A stretch of DNA of 64,000 bases, from the NCBI GenBank assembly GCA_965223505.1, contig CBDCWP010000038.1, positions 96,001 to 160,000 on the forward strand, given 5' to 3'. Made by a program: the position numbers and the translations under genes. Shown here piece by piece: positions 9,798 through 21,194 of this stretch (positions within the stretch are counted from its first letter, which is position 1; each line of letters starts with the position of its first letter). The notes under the pieces were generated by a model, which saw only the letters and a list, made by a program, of their open reading frames with translations, made no database searches and was not told where the DNA came from. This DNA comes from Planctomycetota bacterium (GTDB lineage Bacteria > Planctomycetota > PLA2 > JAEUHO01).

Positions 9798-10991
9798 TCA
9801 GTCGTCGTAGACGGCGCACAGCGCCACCGTGTAGTTGTGATAGCGCGTGTCGGTGCCGATCGGCGCGATCTCGCCGTAGCTGTGAAAGCCGATCCACGGA
9901 ACATCCTGCCCTAGCGCGGTCTGCAGTGGCGCGACGATCTCCTTTCCGGCGTTGAGACCGAAGAGGACGCGGCCGCGCCCCGCGCAGTCGAACTGCATGA
10001 CGAATGCGGGTTCGCGATTCGGCTGCTTCTCGAGGATCGTCGTGGCGCACGCGCGGGCGCTCTCCTTGATCGCGTCCGGGTCACGGCGCGTCAGGCGAAT
10101 CGGGTTGCCGCCGCGCAAGCCGCCGCCGGGAAAGAACAGCGCTCCCGACTCCTTGTCGAGACCGAACGGCGTTCGAATCACGTACGGCGCATACTCCTCG
10201 GCGGCCTTGCCCGCGAGCGGCTCGCCGATGCACAGATGTACGACGCCCTCCGCGTTGAGGTCTTCGGGATCTCCGTCGAGATACTCCTTGAACACCGACC
10301 ACGCAGGTTCGCCGTCGATCTCGTACACCCAGCCCCCGTCGGCGCGCGTGACGGTGCGTTCGAGCCCGATCGGCGAGCATCCGTGACTGACCGCGACCTC
10401 GAGCCGCCCACTGCCGCGCATCACGAGCGCGGAGATCGCGTCGGACGCGACCTTGTCGTCGGCGTACTGAAAGGTCTGCTCGAAGACCATCGCATCCGCT
10501 GACGTTCCGCCCACCACGGCGACAGGCGCCGAGAGCCGGGCATGCAGAGCACTCAGGAACTCCGCGCAGTTGCCCTTCAGGCCGTCAGGGAAGACGAGGA
10601 CGCCGATCAGGTCGTCGACACCCTCGGACACGATGCGCTGCGCGAGCTCCGCGCCGCGCCCTGCGGGATCGGCCGAGTAGTCTTCGAGCAGATGAGGTTC
10701 GAAGGCGATGCTGTCGGACTGGATGGCCATCACCGACGCGGCGAGCTCGCACTCCAAGGATGCCCCGGTGACGATCACGCCCTCGCCGGAGCAGCCGACC
10801 AGACGGGCATCGCCCATCTCGCTGCGCACGCCCTCCAGCAGCTTGGCCTGGTCGTAGCCGGTCGTGGCGAAGACGATCACGAGATCGGCGCGCCGGTCAG
10901 GCAGCCCGTCCAATGCCTCGCGCGCGCAGGTGCGCCCCGCTTCGAACGAATCCGCCGTTTGACAGTGTCCAACTGCGGCGGCCGTCGCCAT
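9798..10991 (-). CDS. FIST N/C domain sensor protein (NosP-like)
   Basis: LVGCSGEG, VFPDGL, VVGG, VSHGCSPIG, FDCAGRG and GFHSYGEI motifs; directly upstream of the hybrid kinase. Confidence 0.9.
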   Translation of the reverse strand: MATAAAVGHCQTADSFEAGRTCAREALDGLPDRRADLVIVFATTGYDQAKLLEGVRSEMGDARLVGCSGEGVIVTGASLECELAASVMAIQSDSIAFEPHLLEDYSADPAGRGAELAQRIVSEGVDDLIGVLVFPDGLKGNCAEFLSALHARLSAPVAVVGGTSADAMVFEQTFQYADDKVASDAISALVMRGSGRLEVAVSHGCSPIGLERTVTRADGGWVYEIDGEPAWSVFKEYLDGDPEDLNAEGVVHLCIGEPLAGKAAEEYAPYVIRTPFGLDKESGALFFPGGGLRGGNPIRLTRRDPDAIKESARACATTILEKQPNREPAFVMQFDCAGRGRVLFGLNAGKEIVAPLQTALGQDVPWIGFHSYGEIAPIGTDTRYHNYTVALCAVYDD

Positions 10992-11133
10992 GCAGCCCCC
11001 CTCGAATAGACCCAACCCTTCCAGTCTACGCGATTCGGCGCTGTGTTGCGTCCCCCAACGACCGGAAGCGACGATTGGGTGGATTCGGAGCGAGGGTCGC
11101 GTAACCGGGTGCGCACCTCAACGAGTCACGACG

Positions 11134-11685
11134 TCAGGCCGAGCCCGTGACGTCGTCGCTCAGCCCGGTCGTTCCCCAGATGCCGCGGCGCATCCCGTCG
11201 GGCGCTTGGACTTCGAACAGGGGCCCAAAACCGAGGCGCTCGTGAAATCGTACGGACGCGTCGTTGCGCGGCTCGAGCACGACGGCCGCAAAGCGCGGGA
11301 GGCCGCCGGCCGCGCGCGCAACGGTGTCGTAGAGCGCCGCGGCATACCCGCGTCCCGTGGAACTCGGCTCCACGCAAACCTGCTTGATGAGCACGAACGA
11401 CGTCGCGACCCGCCGGCGGATCTCCCGGCCGACGCTTTCGTCGGACCCGATCCGCTCGTCTCCGTGCGCGATCACGAACGCGCGGATCGCGCCGTTCGCC
11501 TCGAGCACGAACGCGTGGTCCGCCTCCACCGCGAGGCGTCGATAGTCGGTGGCATCGAATTGCGAGACGAGAAACCCGCGTGCGGCGTCGGGCCGCGCCG
11601 GATCGAGCGTCAGCGCCCCCGCCAGCTCCGCCAGTCGGTCGGCGTCGTCGGGCGTCGTGCGGCGGATGGTCGTCCGGGGGTCCAC
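11134..11685 (-). CDS. GNAT family N-acetyltransferase
   Basis: IKQVCVEPSSTGRGYAAALY (acetyl-CoA motif A) and RNDASVRFHERLGF. GTG 11685. Confidence 0.85.
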   Translation of the reverse strand: MDPRTTIRRTTPDDADRLAELAGALTLDPARPDAARGFLVSQFDATDYRRLAVEADHAFVLEANGAIRAFVIAHGDERIGSDESVGREIRRRVATSFVLIKQVCVEPSSTGRGYAAALYDTVARAAGGLPRFAAVVLEPRNDASVRFHERLGFGPLFEVQAPDGMRRGIWGTTGLSDDVTGSA

Positions 11686-11705
11686 GCCGTGAGCGTACCG
11701 ACGGG

Positions 11706-12827
11706 TCAGCCGTCCAGGCGCTTCTTGAGCGCCCGAAGGCCGGGAACCCTGCGGGCGAGCTTGCGCAGCCGGATCGGCAGTACGCCGCCGAGCCAGGGAA
11801 GCGGTCCGTGCGGACACAACCGCAGGCGGTGATAGCCGCTCAACTTCATCCGCCAGCGCCGGCACCAGGGGTAATCGGTCACGAGGTTGATCTCGCTGCC
11901 GCCGCCCCGCCGGAACTCGCGCTCGATGGCCGCGCGGAGCAGCAGGTTGCCCGCGCCAAAGCGTTTGAGCTCGTCATCGTAGGCGTGACGCAGCAACATC
12001 AGATTGCGACCCAGCCGCACCGCCATGTGCGCGGCGGCAAGACGGTCTCCGAGTCGAAGCGAGTGCCACTCGAGGATGCCGCGCTCGTGAAAGCGGCGCG
12101 CGAGCGCTTCGTACTTCGCGACGGACCCGGCGTCGGTGGCGATGGCCGTGCCGTCCTCGGACGACCCCTTCCAGCCGGAGGCTTCGAGCCGCATCAGGGG
12201 ACCGAGGTGATCGGGGGTGGCTTCGGGCCCGGCGAGGAACGTGATCGCCGGTTCCCGGCCGCCCTTGCGGATCCTGTTCTCCGCACGCCGCATGTCGCTG
12301 CGCAGGTTCTTGCTGATCGACTTCTGCCACGTCTCGAAGTCGCCGTCGATCGCCAGGGACGATCCGTCGACGGCGCGCTCGCCTGCGACGGACCAGCCCG
12401 GCACACCCGCGTCGACGGCGGTGCGTGTCGGCGAGTTGTCGCGCACGCCGCCGAGCTCCAGGTAGGCGATGCGCGCCTCCGACCGAAGCGCGGCCAGCAA
12501 GGCGCCGAGCGCGCCGTCATGGCCGGGTCGCAACAACACGTCACCTTCATCGGTGTGGTAGTCGAACGGAACGAATGCGCGCGGCCGTGGGACGCCGAGG
12601 ATCCGCTTGGGTTCCAAGACGGCCGGCAAGACACCGGCTACCGTCTCGCCGTCGAGCGCGATGAAGCAAACCCAACGCGACGGCGCGCGGACCTTCTGCT
12701 CGAGATAGGTCGCAATCCACCCGTGGGTCAGCATCGGCAGCCCCTGCGGCAGGCTGCCCGCCAGGTCGTCCCAGCGTTCCGCGTAGTGGGCGAGCTCATC
12801 GAGCGTCTCGATGCGTTCAACTCTCAC
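11706..12827 (-). CDS. GNAT acetyltransferase, CelD/BcsL-like
   Basis: SKNLRSDMRRAENR, LEASGWKG and AYDDELKRFGAGNLL motifs; paralog of 13631..14773. Confidence 0.85.
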   Translation of the reverse strand: MRVERIETLDELAHYAERWDDLAGSLPQGLPMLTHGWIATYLEQKVRAPSRWVCFIALDGETVAGVLPAVLEPKRILGVPRPRAFVPFDYHTDEGDVLLRPGHDGALGALLAALRSEARIAYLELGGVRDNSPTRTAVDAGVPGWSVAGERAVDGSSLAIDGDFETWQKSISKNLRSDMRRAENRIRKGGREPAITFLAGPEATPDHLGPLMRLEASGWKGSSEDGTAIATDAGSVAKYEALARRFHERGILEWHSLRLGDRLAAAHMAVRLGRNLMLLRHAYDDELKRFGAGNLLLRAAIEREFRRGGGSEINLVTDYPWCRRWRMKLSGYHRLRLCPHGPLPWLGGVLPIRLRKLARRVPGLRALKKRLDG

Positions 12828-13545
12828 GGGACGGCGCCCCGATCTCGAAGGTGACAGCGTGGTCGTCGCGGCGAAGCAGCGTCAGAAGGGCGTGCAGGAA
12901 CACGACCAGCCCGATCATCTCGAGCGTCTCCTCGGCGGTGACGAACAGACCGTACCCGAGGTTGTGAATCCCGTGCGCTTCGACGTGCCGGCCCTCGAAG
13001 AGCTCGACGCCCAGCGCCCCGCCCAGGTACAGCAGGGCGGCGAGCAGGAACTGATTGCGCGTGCGCCGCGGCAGATGGCGCAGGAACCGCAAGAACGCCA
13101 CACCGACGCCGAGCACGACGGCGAACCCGACGACGACCCAGGCGTAGTGCAAGAGCCCGCCGACGCCGAGCGCGCCTCGCAGCGGCTCGATGAGCAGCTC
13201 GTGGAACGAGGCGGCCTCGTCGAGCGCCATCAGCAGGAAGCCCAGCGCCAGCACGAGCCAGTGCCTGGCGAAGCGGTCCATGGAGCTGCGCCGCATCGCG
13301 GCGATGACGGCGAGCGCCGCGGCGTTGAGCAGTAGCAGCAGTGTGGCGAAGAACGTCGCGGGGCCACTTTCCGTGTCCATGTAGAACTTCGGGATCAGGC
13401 CGAAGCCCCAATCGTGCTCGGTGAGGTGCATGAGCAGCGCGCTCGCGAGACCGGCCACGAACAGCAGCAGGACGCACGCGCTCAACCAGCGCGTGACGCG
13501 GCGCGGATCCAGTCGAACCGGCGATGAGCTCGGGGATCGGCCCAT
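12817..13545 (-). CDS. Multi-pass membrane protein of unknown function
   Basis: About 6 TM helices; ALDEAASFHE and AEETLEMIG motifs; 3' end overlaps the GNAT start. Confidence 0.75.
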   Translation of the reverse strand: MGRSPSSSPVRLDPRRVTRWLSACVLLLFVAGLASALLMHLTEHDWGFGLIPKFYMDTESGPATFFATLLLLLNAAALAVIAAMRRSSMDRFARHWLVLALGFLLMALDEAASFHELLIEPLRGALGVGGLLHYAWVVVGFAVVLGVGVAFLRFLRHLPRRTRNQFLLAALLYLGGALGVELFEGRHVEAHGIHNLGYGLFVTAEETLEMIGLVVFLHALLTLLRRDDHAVTFEIGAPSRES

Positions 13546-13630
13546 GTCTACCCCATCGGCGTGATCGGCCCGGGGATGAATGACACGGTTGGGAGTTAGG
13601 GTTCGCTCCGCATCGATCCGATGATGGAGC

Positions 13631-14773
13631 GTGATGGCCGAGCCGATGCTCATCGACGGTCTCGAGATCGTCTGCGTGGACGACGTGGACGGGCTCGACC
13701 AACGCACCGAAGCCTGGGACGCGTTGGCGTCGCGGCAGGGACCGTGCATTCCCATGTTCGGCCACGCCTGGATCTCCATGCTCTTCCGCATCTACGCCGG
13801 GCCCGACGACCGGTGGTTCGTGCTCTTCTGCTACGACGCCGGCGAGCTGGTCGGCGTGATGCCGATCTGGATGGTCCCCCACCGCGTCTTCGGCGCTTCG
13901 CGCCCGCGCGCGCGGGTTCCGTGCGACTACCAGACGTCGGAAGGCGACGTGTTGCTCGAGCGCGACCGCGCTTCGCGGGTCCTACGCGCGTTGATCGCCG
14001 GTCTTCGGACGCAGGAGCCGAACGTGTGGCGGCTCGAGCTCGGCTGCGTGCGCGACGACAGTCCGACCCACGACGTCCTGTCCGCGTTCGCCGCCGTGAC
14101 GCAACCCGACGGCCGGGGATCCCGCATTCCGATTCACGGCGAACTGGACACGTGGGCGGCGTCTCTCAGCAAGAGCCTGCGTCGCGACATTCGGCGTGGC
14201 GAGAACAAGATCGCGCGCGAGGGCGTCGAGGCGACGTTCGAGTTCCTCGCGGGCGCCGACGCCGACCCCACGTTCCTCGACGAGGTGATGAGGATCGAGG
14301 CGTCGGGGTGGAAAGGCAAGCAGGGCCTGCCGATGTCCTCGGACCCGGTGAACACGGAAAAGCACCGCTACCTCGCGTCGAAGTTCGCCGAGCGGGGACA
14401 GCTCGAGTGGCACGCGTTGCGGCTCGACGGCGCCGTCGCCGCCGTACACTTCGCCGTCCGCATGGGTGAGAGTCTCATGCTGCTCAAGCAGGCGTACGAC
14501 GACGCGTTCTCGAAGTACCACGTCGGCCATCTGCTCTTGAAGCGGGCCGTCGAGCGTGAGTACGAGCGCGGCGAAGGCCACGAGCTCAATCTGGTGACCG
14601 ACTGGGCCTGGTGCCGGCGCTGGAACATGTCGGTGCATCCGTATCAGCGCGCCTCGATCTATCCCGGCCGCCCGCTCGCACGCCTCGCGCACGCAGCGCG
14701 CTCCGGACTGCGGCGCATGGTCGGGCAGGTGCCGGGCGTACGCCGGTTGCGGCAGCGAACGCAGCCGGACTGA
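13631..14773 (+). CDS. GNAT acetyltransferase, CelD/BcsL-like
   Basis: SKSLRRDIRRGENK, IEASGWKG and AYDDAFSKYHVGHLL motifs. Confidence 0.85.
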   Translation: MMAEPMLIDGLEIVCVDDVDGLDQRTEAWDALASRQGPCIPMFGHAWISMLFRIYAGPDDRWFVLFCYDAGELVGVMPIWMVPHRVFGASRPRARVPCDYQTSEGDVLLERDRASRVLRALIAGLRTQEPNVWRLELGCVRDDSPTHDVLSAFAAVTQPDGRGSRIPIHGELDTWAASLSKSLRRDIRRGENKIAREGVEATFEFLAGADADPTFLDEVMRIEASGWKGKQGLPMSSDPVNTEKHRYLASKFAERGQLEWHALRLDGAVAAVHFAVRMGESLMLLKQAYDDAFSKYHVGHLLLKRAVEREYERGEGHELNLVTDWAWCRRWNMSVHPYQRASIYPGRPLARLAHAARSGLRRMVGQVPGVRRLRQRTQPD

Positions 14774-14834
14774 GCCGCTCGACGAAACGCATCCCGGTGT
14801 TCAGAGGATCGCGTTTCCCCTACCCTCGGCGGCC

Positions 14835-15584
14835 ATGGGGACCGCGGAGACCATCGACGAGGTCATCGAGCAGCTGACGGCGATCATCGATCGGTGCGTC
14901 GAGGACGAGCTGCGGCTCGGCTACTTTGCGGCGCTCTACCGGAAGGTCACCGTCGAGGTCAAGACGGGGATCGCGGAGGGCTTCTTCGACGACGGCGCCC
15001 GCATGGAGCGGCTCGACGTCATCTTCGCGAACCGCTACCTGACCGCCTACGACGCGCACCGTGCCGGTAGGCCGACGACAGAGGCATGGGCGTACGCGTT
15101 CGAGATCGCCGATCAGTGGTGGCCGATCGTGCTGCAACACCTGCTGCTCGGCATGAACGCGCACATCAACCTCGACCTGGGCGTCGCTGCGGCGAAGACG
15201 GTGCCCGCAGACGAGCTGCCCAACCTGCACGGCGACTTCAACAGGATCAACGACATCCTGAGCCGCCTGGTCGCCGAGGTGAAGGAAGAGCTCGCCGAGA
15301 TCTGGTGGACGCTACGGCTCTTCAACCGGTACCTGGGGAGCGTCGAAGACGCGATCATCAACTTCAGCATGACCAACGCGCGGGACGCGGCATGGGACGT
15401 GGCACTGCGGCTCGCGCCGATGGACGACGAAGAGCGGGGCGTGGCGATCGCCGCTCTGGACGCCGACGTAAGGCGCTTCGGGCGCGTCATTCGCCATCCG
15501 GGCGTCCTCGCGAGCACCGTCCTGAAGACGGTCCGGCTCGGCGAGCGAGGCTCGGTGCGGAGGAAGATCGAGATCCTCTCCTGA
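14835..15584 (+). CDS. DUF5995 family protein
   Basis: GYFAALYRKVT, FDDGARMERLDVIFANRY and LLGMNAHINLDL motifs. Confidence 0.8.
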   Translation: MGTAETIDEVIEQLTAIIDRCVEDELRLGYFAALYRKVTVEVKTGIAEGFFDDGARMERLDVIFANRYLTAYDAHRAGRPTTEAWAYAFEIADQWWPIVLQHLLLGMNAHINLDLGVAAAKTVPADELPNLHGDFNRINDILSRLVAEVKEELAEIWWTLRLFNRYLGSVEDAIINFSMTNARDAAWDVALRLAPMDDEERGVAIAALDADVRRFGRVIRHPGVLASTVLKTVRLGERGSVRRKIEILS

Positions 15585-15588
15585 CGAA

Positions 15589-17427
15589 CTATGCCGGCGC
15601 CGGCGTGGGGTCGGACTCGTTCTTCCGCTCTTCGACCTGCGCCTTGTCGAGGTCCTTGCCGCTCTCGAGCCTGAGCAGGCGGTCGAGCGAGAACGGGCCG
15701 GAACCGCGCCAGACGATCATGCAGAGGGTGAAGAACACGAAGAACGTGAACTGGAACCCGAGGTTGGTCGTCAACAGGCCGCCCTCGGCGCCCGCGCCGA
15801 ACACGTGCACGCCGACCGCACCGAGCATCACGAGGGCGTTCAACCCCGCGGCGATGCGGGTCACGAAGCCCAGCGCGAGCGCAAGCCCGCCGACGACGTG
15901 CGCGAACACGACGCCCCACGACATGAACGTCGTCCACGTCTCCATCTCCTCGCCCTGCGGCAAGCTGGACTCGAGCGTGTTCATGTCGGTGATGAAGGCC
16001 ATGCCCTTGATGAAGAGGGCGATGCCCAGATAGACGCGCAGCAGGTCGATGGGTCGAACGTGCTTGAGACCCGGGATGAGCGGCTTGCGTGTCGGCTTGG
16101 CGGCCATCGCCTCGCGGCGGCGCGCCATGGCTTTCGCGTGCTCTTCCTTCGCCACCGCTTCCTGCTCCGGCGTGAACCGGACGAGCCACGCGAAGAAGGA
16201 GAAGCCGAGCACCAGGAAGCCCAGAATCATCAGGAACGTCGGCCGGTGCGGCTCCCACTTGAGCAGGAACCCGGCCGCGACCGCGCCCATGTTCCCTCCG
16301 GCGCCGACGATCCCCGCGACGGCGCCCAACGCCTTCTTGTTGATGAACGGCACGACCGAGTACGTCGCGCCCTCAGACATCTGCACGAACAAGCTGAACA
16401 GGATCATCGTCGGGATCGCGAGGGCCAGCACCTCCATCCGGGAGAAGAGCAGCAGGGCGATGCCCTCGATGAACAGCGCGATGAACAGCCAGCGCACGCG
16501 GCCCTTGAGTCCGCCCTTCTGCACGAACTTGTCACTGATGTACCCGCCGAGCGTGCGCGCGAAGATGTTCATCAAGCCGAAGAGGCCGGCCACGAGACCG
16601 GCCGTGGCGATGCCGAGCCCGAAGTAGTCGGCGTAGTACAGCGCCGCGATGTTGTTGATCGTGAGCTCGATGCCGAAACAGGCCGCATAGATGAAGAACA
16701 GCGCCCAGACGCGCTTGTCCTTGACGGCCAGCATGAAGGACCCCTTGGTCTTCTTCCGGGGTTCGAGCTCGCCGCTGGCGCGCAGCTCTTTGAAGTTGCC
16801 GTTCGGCAGGTCGGTCGTGAAGAAGAAGTAGCAGAGGCCCACGATGAAGCAGACGGCGCCGGCGACGACCATCGAGAGGCGCCAGCTCCAAAAGTCGCCG
16901 AAACCCATCGCGAGGAAACCGGCGAGCAGCAGCGGCATGACCATCTGCGTGACGCCGCCACCGAGGTTACCCCAGCCGGCGGAGGTCGCATTGGCCGTTC
17001 CGACGACGTTCGGCGCGAACATCACCGACGTGTGATACTGCGTGATGACGAACGACGCTCCGATGACGCCGATGCCGAGCCGGAAGATCATCAACGCCTC
17101 GTAGCTCTGCGCGAAGCCGATGCTCATGACGGGAATGGACCCGAAAATCAGCAGCCCCGTGTAGCAGAGGCGCGGCCCGATCTTGTCGCAGAGCCACCCG
17201 ATGAAGAGCCGGGCGATGATCGTGATGGCGACCGAGGCAATGATGAGGTTGGCCACCTGCTGGTCATCGAGCTTCAACTCGTCGCGCACGACCTTCATGA
17301 GCGGCGCGATGCCGAACCAGGCGAAGAAGCACAGGAAGAACGCGAACCAGCTCATGTGGAAGGCGCGCATCGGCCGCGTCTTCAAGCTGAGCAGATTGAT
17401 CCTGGTGGCCTTGTTCTGGACTTCCAT
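15589..17427 (-). CDS. narK: NarK/NRT2-type MFS nitrate transporter fused to a C-terminal DoxX domain
   Basis: RAFHMSWFAFFLCFFAWF, nitrate signature AGWGNLGGG and ARTLGGYISD; C-terminal DLLRVYLG...LGFVTR...GSGPFSLD (DoxX). Confidence 0.9.
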   Translation of the reverse strand: MEVQNKATRINLLSLKTRPMRAFHMSWFAFFLCFFAWFGIAPLMKVVRDELKLDDQQVANLIIASVAITIIARLFIGWLCDKIGPRLCYTGLLIFGSIPVMSIGFAQSYEALMIFRLGIGVIGASFVITQYHTSVMFAPNVVGTANATSAGWGNLGGGVTQMVMPLLLAGFLAMGFGDFWSWRLSMVVAGAVCFIVGLCYFFFTTDLPNGNFKELRASGELEPRKKTKGSFMLAVKDKRVWALFFIYAACFGIELTINNIAALYYADYFGLGIATAGLVAGLFGLMNIFARTLGGYISDKFVQKGGLKGRVRWLFIALFIEGIALLLFSRMEVLALAIPTMILFSLFVQMSEGATYSVVPFINKKALGAVAGIVGAGGNMGAVAAGFLLKWEPHRPTFLMILGFLVLGFSFFAWLVRFTPEQEAVAKEEHAKAMARRREAMAAKPTRKPLIPGLKHVRPIDLLRVYLGIALFIKGMAFITDMNTLESSLPQGEEMETWTTFMSWGVVFAHVVGGLALALGFVTRIAAGLNALVMLGAVGVHVFGAGAEGGLLTTNLGFQFTFFVFFTLCMIVWRGSGPFSLDRLLRLESGKDLDKAQVEERKNESDPTPAPA

Positions 17428-17486
17428 GACGCCTCTCCGGGTTACGCCCTACGAGGCTCCGCTATGCGCCCGGCCCGCTACGGCGG

Positions 17487-18716
17487 CTAGGCGTGATAGT
17501 GAAGACTCTCGCCGAGATACGGATCGCCCTCCGGAACAGGCTTGGCGTTCCCCAGTCCGCGCAGGAAGAACCAAGTGAACCCGGCGAGCAGCGCGGCGAG
17601 CGGGGCGATCCCCCACAGCACCGACACGAAGTGGTCACCGACCAGCGGCGGCGCGACCATCAGATGCAGGTCGAGCCAGCGACCGGCCAGCAGCAGTACC
17701 GCGACACGCAGCATCGTCGTGCGATTGCGCTTGGCGGGTCGCGGGAGCAGCAACAGGAACGGGATGAGCCAGTTGACGCCGACGTTGATTACCATCCACG
17801 GGCCCCACGTCGCGTTCATGCGCGGGACGTAGTAGGTCGTCTCCTCGGGGATGTTGCTGTACCAGATGAGCATGTACTGGCAGAACCAGATGTACGCCCA
17901 GAAGGTGGCGAACCCGAGCATGAGCTTGCCGAGGTCGTGAAGATGGTCGTCGCGCAGAATGCCGCGCAGCGGTCCGGCGCGCTCCAGCAGGATCGCGATC
18001 ACCGCGATCGCGGCCAGCGACGACAAGAACAGGCTCGAGAAGTTGTAGACCGCGTATACGGTGCTGTACCAGTGCGGCTCCAGCGACATGACCCAGTCGA
18101 ACGCAGCGAACGAGTACGTCAGCGCGAACACGACCAGGAACCCGCAGGACAGCTTCACGGCGCGGCCGTGCAGCGCGTGTTCGCCCGGCTTGTCGTCCTG
18201 CCGGCGCGAGACGCCGCGCAGCATCCAGGCGAACGCGATCCAGATCCCGAGGAACAGGACGGAGCGCACTAGCACGCCCGCAACCGACAGCCATCCGCTC
18301 TTGTGTTGCAGCAACGGATCGCTCTCGACCGCCTCGGTGTGGGTCCACTCGTAGGCGCCGAGCGTGATGAGCAGGATGACGAACACGCAGGCCGCCGTGT
18401 AGGGCAGGGTCGTGGCCAACGCCTCCGGTACACGCCGGATCGCGACGCTCCAGCCGGCGCGGGTGACGAACCCGAACACCAGGAACAGGAGCCCGCCGAG
18501 CGACAGGCCGAGGGCGTACTGGCCCGCGACGATGAGCCCGGCCCAGCCCGCCTCCGTGTCGATGAAACAGCCCCCGAGGGTCACGACCACGGCGACGGCA
18601 GCGACGACGATCAATCGCTGGGTCAGCGCGCCGTCGATCAGTCGCGGTCCCGCGGAAGCGGGCTCGACTACTGCTTCGGCTTCTGCAGCGTGCGAATGTA
18701 GCGAATCACCTTCCAT
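17487..18716 (-). CDS. actF: Alternative complex III subunit F (start uncertain: ATG 18716 or TTG 18614)
   Basis: AGWSVAIRRVPE, DWVMSLEPHWYST, HDLGK, FWAYIWFCQYMLIWYSNIPEE; about 10 TM helices. Confidence 0.88.
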   Translation of the reverse strand: MEGDSLHSHAAEAEAVVEPASAGPRLIDGALTQRLIVVAAVAVVVTLGGCFIDTEAGWAGLIVAGQYALGLSLGGLLFLVFGFVTRAGWSVAIRRVPEALATTLPYTAACVFVILLITLGAYEWTHTEAVESDPLLQHKSGWLSVAGVLVRSVLFLGIWIAFAWMLRGVSRRQDDKPGEHALHGRAVKLSCGFLVVFALTYSFAAFDWVMSLEPHWYSTVYAVYNFSSLFLSSLAAIAVIAILLERAGPLRGILRDDHLHDLGKLMLGFATFWAYIWFCQYMLIWYSNIPEETTYYVPRMNATWGPWMVINVGVNWLIPFLLLLPRPAKRNRTTMLRVAVLLLAGRWLDLHLMVAPPLVGDHFVSVLWGIAPLAALLAGFTWFFLRGLGNAKPVPEGDPYLGESLHYHA

Positions 18717-19312
18717 CGGTCGTCTCTCGTTACCTGGTTTGCGTGCGAGGCCATGTCGCCCTTGCCGACCGTGATGACGCGGTACATCTGTCCGTCGCTC
18801 ATCTTGATCAGCGCGGGATCGGTCAACACCGGCGGCGGGCGCATGCCGCGCCGGCTGACGGGTGTGTTGGCGGCGCCGAACTGTCCGTGGCACGTCGCGC
18901 AGACGTTCATCCAGACCTGCCTGCCGCGCGTAAGGTGCGCGGCCTGCGCCGCCTCGGTCAGCTCGTCGAAGTTCCACGACGGCTTGTAGGCGTTCCAGCG
19001 CGCCTGCTCTTCCGGCGGAAGCTTGACCCACTCGCCGGCGGGCCGGCTCTCGTCGATGTTCAGAAGGCCGTCCCCCTGGTGCATCGGCAGGAACCCGCGC
19101 GCCACCGTGCCCTCGACCGGCCGGCGCAGCGTGCGCCCGTCGTCGAAGAGCGGATTGACGTCCTGCGACTCGAAGCCGGGGTTCTCGCCCATGTTGTGCA
19201 TGAACTCGAGATTGCGCTTGCCGTAGTCCGGCTCGGCGAACAGATGCAGGCCGATGCCGACCGCGATCAGGAGCACCAACAGCCCCTCGAACGGATGGAG
19301 GCCCTTGATCAT
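18668..19312 (-). CDS. actE: Alternative complex III subunit E, monoheme cytochrome c
   Basis: One CATCH; RRPVEGTVARG; GDMASHA...DRWKVIRYIRTLQ; position between actD and actF. Confidence 0.88.
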   Translation of the reverse strand: MIKGLHPFEGLLVLLIAVGIGLHLFAEPDYGKRNLEFMHNMGENPGFESQDVNPLFDDGRTLRRPVEGTVARGFLPMHQGDGLLNIDESRPAGEWVKLPPEEQARWNAYKPSWNFDELTEAAQAAHLTRGRQVWMNVCATCHGQFGAANTPVSRRGMRPPPVLTDPALIKMSDGQMYRVITVGKGDMASHANQVTRDDRWKVIRYIRTLQKPKQ

Positions 19313-19832
19313 GCGTCCTCCTCCACGTAGTCGGTCACCGACTCGGCCCCGTGGTGCGTGAGCAGCTCGCGCGCGTCGTCGACGGTGCGCTGCGCGCCCT
19401 CGAGGCGCAGCAGCAGCACGAAGCGGTCGTCCGTGACGGCGATCTCGGGCTGCTTGCCGCGCTTGCCGGGCCACAGCCCGCAACGCATGAACAACGCAAG
19501 GACCACACCGAGGCCGGCGAACAGCACCGTGATCTCGAACGCGATCGGAATGAACGCCGGAAGCGAGTTGAACGGCTTGCCGCCGACGTTGAGCGGCCAG
19601 TCCACCGACGACGTCCAGAACTGGAAGTAGAGGATCAGCGCCGCGCCGAGCAGGCCGGCGAGAAAGCACACCCAGGTCAAGCGGGACGAGCGGATGCCCA
19701 TCGCCTTCTCGATCCCGTGAATCGCGTAGGGCGAGTAGACGTCGACGATCGAGTACGACCCGTCGCGCGCCGCGCGCGTGGCATCGAGCACGCTCGCCTC
19801 GGACGCGAAGACGCCGTGGACCATGCGAGCGC

Positions 19833-19836
<4 letters not shown>
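19309..19836 (-). CDS. actD: Alternative complex III subunit D (DUF3341)
   Basis: [10 protein letters not shown] and [25 protein letters not shown]; two TM helices. Confidence 0.9.

Positions 19837-21186
<1,350 letters not shown>

Positions 21187-21194
<8 letters not shown>

Noticed and set aside
7167..9914. 915-aa plus-strand ORF and similar long ORFs (e.g. 30579..33008, 55478..57373, 15805..17490)
   Set aside because: Antisense or off-frame shadows of well-supported genes, expected at high GC, with no recognisable motifs.
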